64,000 bases of DNA from a virus: the IMG/VR virus record IMGVR_UViG_3300035670_000099, positions 1-64,000 of that record; one strand, 5' to 3'. Below, piece by piece: positions 45,726-53,973 of this stretch. Within the stretch, counting starts at the first letter, position 1. Every line of letters begins with the position of its first letter. The translations under genes and the position numbers were made by a program. The notes under the pieces were generated by a model. The model was not told the DNA's origin. It searched no databases and was given only the letters and a program-made list of their open reading frames with translations.

Positions 45726-45944
45726 ATGTCAAACGTAGATCACCCACAGCATTACACAACAAGTTCAGTTGAATGCATTGATGCAATTGCAGCAGCTTTA
45801 TCTCCGGAAGAGCTAAGAGGATTCATCAAAGGCAATGTCATCAAATACTTATGGAGAAGCGAACACAAGAATGGTAATGAAGATTTACAGAAAGCTTTAT
45901 GGTACTTAAATTGGTATGTCAATAAAATCAAAAATCCATCATAG
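45726..45944 (+). CDS. DUF3310 (SaV-like / putative nucleotide kinase) protein
   Basis: VDHPQHY...ECIDAI...GFIKGNVIKYLWR..HKNG.EDLQKALWYL. Confidence 0.88.
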   Translation: MSNVDHPQHYTTSSVECIDAIAAALSPEELRGFIKGNVIKYLWRSEHKNGNEDLQKALWYLNWYVNKIKNPS

Positions 45945-46884
45945 AGTTTTTGTGTAATTTTCCATTTACCACCTTATATTGCTTTAGCCAGTTATAGGCA
46001 GTAGATTGGCAAACACCTAAATAGAGTTTACACCATGCGAATGATTTGCCATTAGAAAGTGCGTTTAAGACTGTTATTTTGACATTGTCATCGTAAGAAG
46101 GCCTGCCAATTTGTAATGGATTTTCAACAAACTGACTTTGGCAACTTTTGCATAAATATTGCTGCCTATTTCCTCTTTTCCCGTTCTTGACAACATTTTT
46201 GCTTAAACAGCTAGGACAAACAACAATATCGTTGACTACATTTTTAAGTAGTTCTATACCTTCAGATTCTAGTTGTTTAATTTGGTATACTGACAAATTT
46301 AATAATGACTTAATATCTTGTATTTTATAATCTTCAATATAAATTAATCTAAGTATTTGTGCGTGCTTGCTTGGAATTTTAGCTAGTATTATCTCTAATT
46401 CATCGATAGTAGAGTTATCAAAGTAACTGATTTCAGGAAGTTCTATGTGAATTTTATCATGAGCTATCGCAGCTTCTTTGGCGGTTAATTCTGAAATAGT
46501 CAAGTCCCTAGCTGATTGTTCATAAGTAATACCTTTCTTTTTAGCATTACGCATTATTTTCTGATAAATGTCTTGGATGTTCCTAGGGATTTTAACTAAT
46601 CTGTCTTTGTCCCGCAGGAACATTAACATATATCCATTTATGAAAGGAACAGCAAAGCTGGACAGCTTTTTAGATTTCTCAGGATTATATCTTTCAATAG
46701 CTTGGATTAATCCTAGACACCCAATTTGTACTAAATCCTCTAATGGAACAGAGCAAGACTTCTGGACTTTTTGAGCAACAGAGTAGACAAGTCCTAAATT
46801 TTTTTCTACAATCTTATTTCTTATTTTTATGTCTTTACTCTCGTAGTATTTGATTAGCAGCTGTTGGTTAACATCAAAATTCAT
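45928..46884 (-). CDS. Group-3 (SigF/SigB/FliA-like) sigma factor fused to an IS1 InsA-like Zn-ribbon/HTH domain
   Basis: Region 2 RNKIVEKNLGLV...EDLVQIGCLGLIQAIERY.P...LSSFAVP.I.G..L.FLRD...VKIPR; C-terminal CPSC...KNG...QQYLCKSC..QF...GV.QSTAYNW. Confidence 0.88.
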   Translation of the reverse strand: MNFDVNQQLLIKYYESKDIKIRNKIVEKNLGLVYSVAQKVQKSCSVPLEDLVQIGCLGLIQAIERYNPEKSKKLSSFAVPFINGYMLMFLRDKDRLVKIPRNIQDIYQKIMRNAKKKGITYEQSARDLTISELTAKEAAIAHDKIHIELPEISYFDNSTIDELEIILAKIPSKHAQILRLIYIEDYKIQDIKSLLNLSVYQIKQLESEGIELLKNVVNDIVVCPSCLSKNVVKNGKRGNRQQYLCKSCQSQFVENPLQIGRPSYDDNVKITVLNALSNGKSFAWCKLYLGVCQSTAYNWLKQYKVVNGKLHKNSMMDF

Positions 46885-46958
46885 CACATTAACACAAATG
46901 TTACATATTTATGTTACTTTAAAAATGGCAACTTTATAGGTAAACTATTCAGGAAACT

Positions 46959-47366
46959 ATGAAAGCTATTTGGAATAAAAATATTAATATTTCTCCTAAA
47001 ACTGCTACTTATACTTGGAGTGCAAATTACGCTCCTATTGTTCATGAAGGCGGTACAAGAAAGGATGGGAGTGATTTTCCTGCTCGTCCCTGGGTTTGGA
47101 AAACCGTAGGATTAAATGGACAGGAAAGACGTTATGATATTGTACAAGATTTCAATGATAAAATACGTACAGCGAATAGTTTCGATCAATTGTTTGAGGA
47201 CATTGCAAATAAACTTGATAGTGAATTTAGGAAGACTATAGAAGCTGAAATATTTACATGGGATGCAGCGACAAAAAGGAAAAATGGCATCACAGTTACG
47301 TCTCCAAGAGATATTGTTGATTTAGGATTTTTAAGAAACTCTCAATCTAAGTCTATACAGCCATGA
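46959..47366 (+). CDS. HK97 gp10-like tail completion protein (motifs in permuted order)
   Basis: YAPIVHEG...PARPW and PRDIVDLGFLRNS. Confidence 0.6.
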   Translation: MKAIWNKNINISPKTATYTWSANYAPIVHEGGTRKDGSDFPARPWVWKTVGLNGQERRYDIVQDFNDKIRTANSFDQLFEDIANKLDSEFRKTIEAEIFTWDAATKRKNGITVTSPRDIVDLGFLRNSQSKSIQP

Positions 47367-47737
47367 ATGTAGCTGAATTAAACACACAACTAAGAACGCT
47401 ATTAAGCACAGAGTTAGGAGTATACAGCAATGGTACTCCTAGTATTTGGGTGTATGGTTCAACAAGCAGTCCACCATCTGTAAGTAATGGACTGGAGTGT
47501 TTAATACGTCAGAATCCGATTGGATATGCCGGCGGATCTAGTGCTGGGCAAAGATATAAACCGCAGCAGTGGGAGATAATTCTTAAGAACTGGAAGCGAG
47601 ATTCTAATTTAATAAAAGCAATATCTAAAATAGAGCAACGTTATTGTGTTATGTCTTTGACACACATACCATTTAGCAATGAATTTATAGAACAGGCAAC
47701 TATTTTTATTAAAGATCCAATTTTCATTAACACTTAG
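47363..47737 (+). CDS. Putative tail terminator
   Basis: Position between the gp10-like gene and the tube genes; size. Confidence 0.5.
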   Translation: MNVAELNTQLRTLLSTELGVYSNGTPSIWVYGSTSSPPSVSNGLECLIRQNPIGYAGGSSAGQRYKPQQWEIILKNWKRDSNLIKAISKIEQRYCVMSLTHIPFSNEFIEQATIFIKDPIFINT

Positions 47738-47775
47738 TCTTGGCAACTATTAAGAAAGAAATATAGGGGATTTAT

Positions 47776-48756
47776 ATGCCTTTAGCAACTAGTTCTTTAA
47801 TATTACAGAATACAAGCTTAGATTTGATTTTATTACCACTTGATGCAAATTATGGTGTACCTAGTCGTACAGTTTCTTTTGCTACTTTAGCGTTGCAAGC
47901 AAACGAAAATATTGGAGATACCTCTATTAGTGTTTTATCAAGCACTACAGATACTCCTGTTTTTTTGCGCCAAGGAACTTCTTTATCATTTAGTGGTAGT
48001 ACTGCCGCTCCATTTAGGAGGCAAGTAATTGTCAATGAAGACAAAGTTGTTGGGACATCAGCTACTACTTTAAGTGTGACTCCTTTGTTGCGTCCTCTCG
48101 TTTCTGGAAGCGATCCAATAGGAATAGCAATTGTTCCTTTTGTGTCTAATCACGCTAATTTAGTGATTGAGTGTAATACGAGTAATGGTTCGCCAACTAT
48201 TACTACTACTAACTCTTTTGCCGACGTTGAAGTTGGTGATTTTGTTACTGGCGCTGGAGGCACTGGAATACCAGCCAATGCGTATGTTGTGTCAAAAGCA
48301 AGTAATACGTCTTTAACTATTAGCGCAAATGTTACTGCTGATGGCACCGGCGTAAATTTAACTTTTATTTCTCGTATTACTCCAACACCATTAACTGGTA
48401 TCCAAACGCTTGATTTAAATAATCAAGAAACTCAAGTTGATACTACTCACTTTGCCTCTGGCGCTGGAACTGAAGCTGCAATTGTTAGATTTAATAGAAG
48501 TTACTCAGCATCTGGCATTGCGTTAATTGGTGATGAAGCGCTAGAAAGAATTGTAAAAAGAGTAGCTGGTTTTGATAATGCTTTCTTAGGCAGAGAAGTA
48601 TATGCTGTTTCAACCACTTCGGATGGTGAATCTATCCATGGTGTTGCAAAAATTATGGCATTAAACTTGCCTGCCAACCAAAACGAAGTTAAGAAATACT
48701 CTTTTACTCTTATGTATCAAGGCAATGCTGCTTGGGTACAACCTTACTCTTATTAG
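47776..48756 (+). CDS. Tail tube protein, paralog 1
   Basis: GIQTLDLNNQETQVDTTHF...G.AKI......NQNEVKKYSFTL tube-like motifs. Confidence 0.7.
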   Translation: MPLATSSLILQNTSLDLILLPLDANYGVPSRTVSFATLALQANENIGDTSISVLSSTTDTPVFLRQGTSLSFSGSTAAPFRRQVIVNEDKVVGTSATTLSVTPLLRPLVSGSDPIGIAIVPFVSNHANLVIECNTSNGSPTITTTNSFADVEVGDFVTGAGGTGIPANAYVVSKASNTSLTISANVTADGTGVNLTFISRITPTPLTGIQTLDLNNQETQVDTTHFASGAGTEAAIVRFNRSYSASGIALIGDEALERIVKRVAGFDNAFLGREVYAVSTTSDGESIHGVAKIMALNLPANQNEVKKYSFTLMYQGNAAWVQPYSY

Positions 48757-48767
48757 GAGAATGAATC

Positions 48768-49553
48768 ATGCCTTTAGCTACCGCGTCTCAGATTTTACAG
48801 TCTTTTTCTCTCGAGATGATGCTTTTGCCATTAGATACTTTTGGTGCTGCCAATAGATCTTCTACTGGGTATCCTTCTGCAACTATTACCACAACTGGTG
48901 CTGCTGTAGGCGCTACTTCTTTAAGCATAAGTGCTAGTTCTAGTATTGGCTCTTCAACAAGCTTTGCTATTAATGCTGGAACAGCTTTATCTTTTGCCCC
49001 TGCTAGTAATATAAAGTCTAGACAACAAGTTGTAGTAACTCAAGATGTTCAAAGTCTTACAACTTCATCTACGTCAGTTTCTATTTCTCCATTACTTCGC
49101 CCAATAGCAGCCTCATCAACTGCTACTTTAATTTATCAAACAGACGCTAATATTAGTGCTGGCGCTACAAAGCTATTGCCATTAAGTGGTATTCAAACAA
49201 TGGACTTGAACAATCAAGAAACTCAAGTTGATACTACTCACTTTGGCTCTGGCGCTGGCACTGAAGCTGCAATTGTTAGATTCAATAGAAGTTATTCTGT
49301 ATCTGGAATTGCATTAATTGGTGATGAATGTTTAGAAACTGTTGTTAAAAGAGCAGCTGGTTTTGATAACGCTAGACTTGGCAGAGAAGTGTATGCAATT
49401 ACAACAATGCCTGATGGAGAAAGAATTGCTGGTGTTGCAAAAATCATGGCATTGAACTTGCCTGCCAACCAAAACGAAGTTAAGAAATACTCTTTCACAT
49501 TGATGTATCAAGGTTCTATTTACGAATGGACTGCTCCTTACTCTAATTTTTAG
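48768..49553 (+). CDS. Tail tube protein, paralog 2
   Basis: C-terminal half nearly identical to paralog 1; AGGAG SD. Confidence 0.7.
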   Translation: MPLATASQILQSFSLEMMLLPLDTFGAANRSSTGYPSATITTTGAAVGATSLSISASSSIGSSTSFAINAGTALSFAPASNIKSRQQVVVTQDVQSLTTSSTSVSISPLLRPIAASSTATLIYQTDANISAGATKLLPLSGIQTMDLNNQETQVDTTHFGSGAGTEAAIVRFNRSYSVSGIALIGDECLETVVKRAAGFDNARLGREVYAITTMPDGERIAGVAKIMALNLPANQNEVKKYSFTLMYQGSIYEWTAPYSNF

Positions 49554-49581
49554 TATGGCTTACTAAAAGCTAGGGGGATAA

Positions 49582-50310
49582 ATGGCTTCTACTTCGCAAC
49601 CACTAAGAAGTTGCTGCTTAGAAATATTGCTGCTTGACGTTAATTCTGATGGCAGCACTATTACTGATTTGTTTAAGACAGAAATAGAAGTAGTAGAGAC
49701 GGCAAACATCTCTGCTACTTCTGTTAAACTGCGCAGTTATACTGATGTATTCTTACCTGCTGGCACTTCTCTATCTTTTGTTAATCCAGACGCTGACGGC
49801 ATAAATACATACAGAAAGCAAATTATATTAACAGAAGACACAACGATAGAAGAATTTACTACAACTGTTAAAATCTATCCTTTACCTTATTCTTTGCGGC
49901 AGGGTGACATAGCAGAAGCCATAGAAGGAATTTTGCCATTATTTGGATTGCAAACAATTGATTTATCTTCCCAAGAAACTCAAGTAGAAACAACAAATTT
50001 TCGCTCTGGAAAAGGCGTAAATAATGCTTTTGTAAGATTAGCTAAAACATGTAATGTCACTGGCATAGCATTGGCAGGAGATAGAGCATTAGAAACTATA
50101 GTAAAACCAGTTGGTATTTTCTCTAGTGAACTATTTGGCAGGGATGTATATGTAGCTGTTACAATGCCAAATGGCGAGCGATTTGAAGGTATAGCTAAAA
50201 TAGGATCTATGGCATTACCAGCTAATCAAAATGATGTCCAAAAATTCAGCTTTACTTTACTATTCCAAGGTGAAGATTTTGTTTGGCATCCTCCCTTCAT
50301 TTTTAGTTAA
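49582..50310 (+). CDS. Tail tube protein, paralog 3
   Basis: GLQTIDLSSQETQVETTNF...PANQNDVQKFSFTL; more diverged. Confidence 0.7.
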   Translation: MASTSQPLRSCCLEILLLDVNSDGSTITDLFKTEIEVVETANISATSVKLRSYTDVFLPAGTSLSFVNPDADGINTYRKQIILTEDTTIEEFTTTVKIYPLPYSLRQGDIAEAIEGILPLFGLQTIDLSSQETQVETTNFRSGKGVNNAFVRLAKTCNVTGIALAGDRALETIVKPVGIFSSELFGRDVYVAVTMPNGERFEGIAKIGSMALPANQNDVQKFSFTLLFQGEDFVWHPPFIFS

Positions 50311-50353
50311 TCCATGATATTATTATTGTGCAACTAATTTGGTACAACAATAA

Positions 50354-50596
50354 TTGAAAATACTAACTGATAACACACGAGTGCTAGCAATTCTGGTAAA
50401 CTGTAGACAAAACGGCAATAAATTATTGTGTGGAGCAGCAGTTTTTAAGGGCGGATTATCAGGAAACATAAAAGTATACGATATATCAGATCCCTCTGTC
50501 TCGTTTACTATCAAAGTCCCGGAGTCAGTTGCTTTAGTTGCTACAACAGAAACATTTGCTGATTACTACGATTCGTTTGAACTATTATTGGTGTAA
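50354..50596 (+). CDS. Hypothetical tail-region protein
   Basis: TTG-start ORF between the tube genes and the chaperone. Confidence 0.55.
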   Translation: MKILTDNTRVLAILVNCRQNGNKLLCGAAVFKGGLSGNIKVYDISDPSVSFTIKVPESVALVATTETFADYYDSFELLLV

Positions 50597-50601
50597 TAAA
50601 C

Positions 50602-51366
50602 ATGCTGCCATTAATTCAAAAAAAAAGTTTACCAGAAATCATCAAAGTCGGAACTGATGAATCTGGATATTTGTATTTAGCTAAAACAAAATCTATCACA
50701 GTTGGGGAGAGGCAAGAACTATCTGAACACGAAAGAAAGCGTGGACAAGGTAGCGTAATGGCATCAAATCTAATTAACAAAATTGCCAAAGAAAAAAGCA
50801 TCAGCACAGTTGAAGCACGTAATCTACTTGGTGGTATTGATAACTTAGATAATAGTCAAATTGTGGAAGAATATGCCAAAGAATTTTACGATTTGTCTAC
50901 ATTTATTGGCTCTGCTGACTTAGATATTAAAGTTGCTGTAGCGCATATCATTATTAAGAATAGAGTTGCTTACCCAATCAAAGTTGCTGTAGATGGCAAC
51001 ATAAATGACAAGAAGTTAACAGTTGAACCATTAACAGTTAATTTAACACATAGGCAAGGCATTAGAATAGGCAGTAGCTACATTATTGCTGAAGGAAATT
51101 ATGAAATAGATAACACGTTGATTAAAACGCAGCCATTACCAGCTTCTATTAAAGCAGGCAGCGTTGGATTTTTGTCATCCAATTATTTCTATGTGCTTGG
51201 AAGTTCTGAGTGGACATTAGAAATGACTAAGCAGCTAGATGAAATTCTTATTAACGATATTTATGACTTTTTCCAAAATGAATCTAACAGATGGGAATCT
51301 GTAGAGACAGTTGTACAAGATGAGCCGGGGGAGGACAAGACTCAACTAGCGTTACCGATGGAATAG
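50602..51366 (+). CDS. Tail assembly chaperone (gpG-like)
   Basis: Follows the tube genes; slippery GGGGGAG near the 3' end. Confidence 0.6.
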   Translation: MLPLIQKKSLPEIIKVGTDESGYLYLAKTKSITVGERQELSEHERKRGQGSVMASNLINKIAKEKSISTVEARNLLGGIDNLDNSQIVEEYAKEFYDLSTFIGSADLDIKVAVAHIIIKNRVAYPIKVAVDGNINDKKLTVEPLTVNLTHRQGIRIGSSYIIAEGNYEIDNTLIKTQPLPASIKAGSVGFLSSNYFYVLGSSEWTLEMTKQLDEILINDIYDFFQNESNRWESVETVVQDEPGEDKTQLALPME

Positions 51367-51737
51367 ATTGGAAAAAACTGTATTGGCGTATTCAATCTTA
51401 TCAAATCAAAGATAGAAGATTTAGTGACTGGGAAACTTATTTGCAGCAGCCAGATTATGTAGTATTTGAATGTATTACTGAGATGGAATCTTTACGCATG
51501 GCTCAGTCAAACATTGACTCTAGAGTTCATGCAATTGGCTGGGCTGGACTATTCAATGGATTTAAAGGAAAGGAAGATCCATCTATTGATTACACTGAAT
51601 TGCTGCCTTTTCCAAATCAAGCCCACAATCCAAAATGCAAATTGAGTGATGTCACAAAAGCGATTATTAACGAAGCTATACGTAAAAAAGATTTACCATT
51701 GATTTCGTTGACTAGCTTAGCTCTACTGTTAAATTAA
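51324..51737 (+). CDS. Tail assembly chaperone gpT-like portion, reached by a -1 frameshift
   Basis: The -1 frame is open from 51324 (after TGA 51321-51323), well before any plausible start codon; IDWKKLYWRIQ...ELLPFP. Confidence 0.6.
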   Translation, partial: AGGGQDSTSVTDGIDWKKLYWRIQSYQIKDRRFSDWETYLQQPDYVVFECITEMESLRMAQSNIDSRVHAIGWAGLFNGFKGKEDPSIDYTELLPFPNQAHNPKCKLSDVTKAIINEAIRKKDLPLISLTSLALLLN

Positions 51738-51768
51738 AAAGCACTGCTGATAAATGCAGTGCTTTTTA
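51737..51768. terminator. Bidirectional intrinsic terminator
   Basis: aaaaagcactgc...gcagtgcttttt. Confidence 0.75.
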
Positions 51769-51771
51769 GTG

Positions 51772-51930
51772 TTATATAATTATTGCTCCAAACATTAATG
51801 CCGCCGATTCTAAGGACGATTCAATTGTTAGCTTTTTGCCATCGCTGGCGTAGATTTTTCCACCAACACTCCTGACATAATCAATGAAAGCATTCAGGCT
51901 TTCTTTGTGTTCAAATATAACCTGAGTCAT
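51772..51930 (-). CDS. Small hypothetical protein (52 aa, not in ORF track)
   Basis: TAATG-coupled MTQVIFEHKESLNAFIDYVRSVGGKIYASDGKKL... Confidence 0.55.
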   Translation of the reverse strand: MTQVIFEHKESLNAFIDYVRSVGGKIYASDGKKLTIESSLESAALMFGAIII

Positions 51931-52295
51931 TAGTCATTTGATGCCCATTGCAAGAAATTATAGAATTCTAACGCCCACTCTAGAAAGTTGTAAACAACGT
52001 TTCTAACAGCTTCCTGATTGCTTCTTTGCTCAGGAGATAATGTCTCTCCCCCAAAGAAAGAAAGAGTCTCCTCAGAGAAATTTTGCCATGGTGAGATGGC
52101 GTGATCGAATTCCTTGTCAGAATCAATGCCAATTTTGACGTTTTGCTTGATTTGTTCAACTATCAAGCTATCCAAATCGGACGTTAATTCGGCAAATTGT
52201 TCCTCTTCAGTATATCTTTGCCACAAATTGAAATCATCTGATTTAATTATCTCTCCAAAATCAAATGAATCGTACTCAGTGACTACTTCAATCAT
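51930..52295 (-). CDS. Hypothetical acidic protein
   Basis: GGAGG SD before ATG 52295. Confidence 0.7.
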   Translation of the reverse strand: MIEVVTEYDSFDFGEIIKSDDFNLWQRYTEEEQFAELTSDLDSLIVEQIKQNVKIGIDSDKEFDHAISPWQNFSEETLSFFGGETLSPEQRSNQEAVRNVVYNFLEWALEFYNFLQWASND

Positions 52296-52665
52296 ACAAT
52301 TTCCCTCCTTTGTTTGTTCTCTTTGTACGATTTGTTTCAATTATCTCACCATCATGAAGCACTACTAAACATGCTTCATCTGTTGAGTATATGGTTTTGC
52401 CCCCAGTGGCAGGGCATAACAACAACACAAGAATATCAGTGCTGTTGTCTTTGGCTGGGATAATTTCATTGTCCACTAGCTCAACTTCTCCTTGTGTCCA
52501 GCCGACTCCATCAGGGAGAACTCCCTTGGGAACAAAGTCGTCGTACCCATGATACGAAACTTGAATTTCTGGCGATACATTGATGTCCGTCCCTTGACAT
52601 TTGCCATCCAGCGTTTGTATGCCGGCAAATTTAATTCCAAACTCATCGATAGTGTATGTATTCAT
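52288..52665 (-). CDS. Hypothetical protein
   Basis: Coupled ORF with strong SD. Confidence 0.7.
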   Translation of the reverse strand: MNTYTIDEFGIKFAGIQTLDGKCQGTDINVSPEIQVSYHGYDDFVPKGVLPDGVGWTQGEVELVDNEIIPAKDNSTDILVLLLCPATGGKTIYSTDEACLVVLHDGEIIETNRTKRTNKGGKLYD

Positions 52666-52853
52666 TCCTCTTCCTCCTTCAATATTGTTTGTGCTACCAT
52701 TAGCAGCGAATATGCTTGCTGCTGAATTTCTTGTTCATCTGTAAACAGATATTTACAGTATGCGTAGGCAAGTGAGCCACCTTGCTCACTGCTTACATCA
52801 ATTCCTTGCTCTTTAGCAAAGCTAACGAATAGATATATATCTTCCAAGTTCAT
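52662..52853 (-). CDS. Hypothetical protein
   Basis: First ORF after promoter 52881-52909. Confidence 0.6.
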   Translation of the reverse strand: MNLEDIYLFVSFAKEQGIDVSSEQGGSLAYAYCKYLFTDEQEIQQQAYSLLMVAQTILKEEEE

Positions 52854-52880
52854 GCCAAAATTCAAAACTCAATCCATCTA

Positions 52881-52909
52881 ATAGTAGATGATTTTCAGGA
52901 TAATGTCAA
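52881..52909 (-). promoter_or_regulatory. Sigma70-type promoter
   Basis: aatcta-TTGACA-N17-TACTAT. Confidence 0.65.
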
Positions 52910-52918
52910 TAGATTATC

Positions 52919-53233
52919 TTATTTTTTCTTATGCAATTGCTTATAATTACGCTGTAGCATTTTAGTGAAAGCTGGAGTATTTTTATTTTTCCAGACTGGA
53001 TTATCTTTATTAGTTAACCAATTAGTAGTAGAGTGGCATATATTTTTATGACAGTATTTGCATACGGGGAAGATGTTAATTCCGTATCTGTCTCCTGACT
53101 TTCTATAGCTAGAATGATGTATTTCTTGACTGTCATTGATTTTGCAGCAACAACACTTACCACCAACATTGCTATGCGCTATTGCTGCTTTCTTTTTATA
53201 CTTCTTTAGATTGCCATATCTTTGCTGATACAT
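52919..53233 (-). CDS. HNH endonuclease
   Basis: CCCC...EIHH..Y...NIFPVCKYCHK..H. Confidence 0.75.
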   Translation of the reverse strand: MYQQRYGNLKKYKKKAAIAHSNVGGKCCCCKINDSQEIHHSSYRKSGDRYGINIFPVCKYCHKNICHSTTNWLTNKDNPVWKNKNTPAFTKMLQRNYKQLHKKK

Positions 53234-53973
53234 TAATAAGGGAATATTACTCTACCACTTGGGCGTATATCAGCATGGAAAAATCCTTTATTTCTTCCCA
53301 TAAATACAGCATCTCCTAGTCCTGTAAAATTGGAGGACAAAAGCACTTGCCAAAGTCTTCTAAAATCACCATTAACTGGTTGCATATCTAATGCTTTGAA
53401 ATAAATATGCTGACTATTCCTAGCACCACCAATAGATTTGTTTACAGCAGGTGGACGATAGCCGGAAGTAATTCTAATTGGTGAGCCAAATTTATCTCTG
53501 ACTTCTCCCCATGTTCTAGCTAATCTGATAGCGTTCGCCACATGCTCCGACGATATAGGAACTCTTGTGCAGTCTTTAGTAGCTTCTCCCCAAGTCAGTG
53601 GAACATTATCAACAATTAATGTATTTGCATACACTATTTTTCCACCTGGCAGCATCATACTTGGTTGACTATCAACTTTGTCTGTTTCACTTGCCGCGCA
53701 TTCTTCTTTATCTTGAAGTTCTAATAGTTCCTTTGCAGTTGTAACACCAAGAAATAGAGGATACTCAAGATTTTTATCAGACTTAAAATCTATAAATGCT
53801 TGCTTGGTGTTGTTCCCAACAATGCCATCTACAGTAATTTTAAGCAAAGATTGAATTTCTTTAACTAATTCTACTGGTAATTCGGAAATATGAATTGCAG
53901 TAGAATTAGTGCTTATGAATTTCTCAAGATTTTGCATGACTGGTAAAGATAATATCAATACCAATCTTAGCAT
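53233..53973 (-). CDS. Endolysin: peptidoglycan-binding domain plus peptidase M15A
   Basis: IQSLL.ITVDGIVG.NT; ITSGYRPPAVN..IGGA..SQH...ALD...FFHAD. Confidence 0.88.
   Translation of the reverse strand: MLRLVLILSLPVMQNLEKFISTNSTAIHISELPVELVKEIQSLLKITVDGIVGNNTKQAFIDFKSDKNLEYPLFLGVTTAKELLELQDKEECAASETDKVDSQPSMMLPGGKIVYANTLIVDNVPLTWGEATKDCTRVPISSEHVANAIRLARTWGEVRDKFGSPIRITSGYRPPAVNKSIGGARNSQHIYFKALDMQPVNGDFRRLWQVLLSSNFTGLGDAVFMGRNKGFFHADIRPSGRVIFPY

Noticed and set aside
45928-46230. Active IS1 element
   Set aside because: No InsB/DDE frame and no terminal inverted repeats seen; the InsA-like part is fused in frame to the sigma factor.
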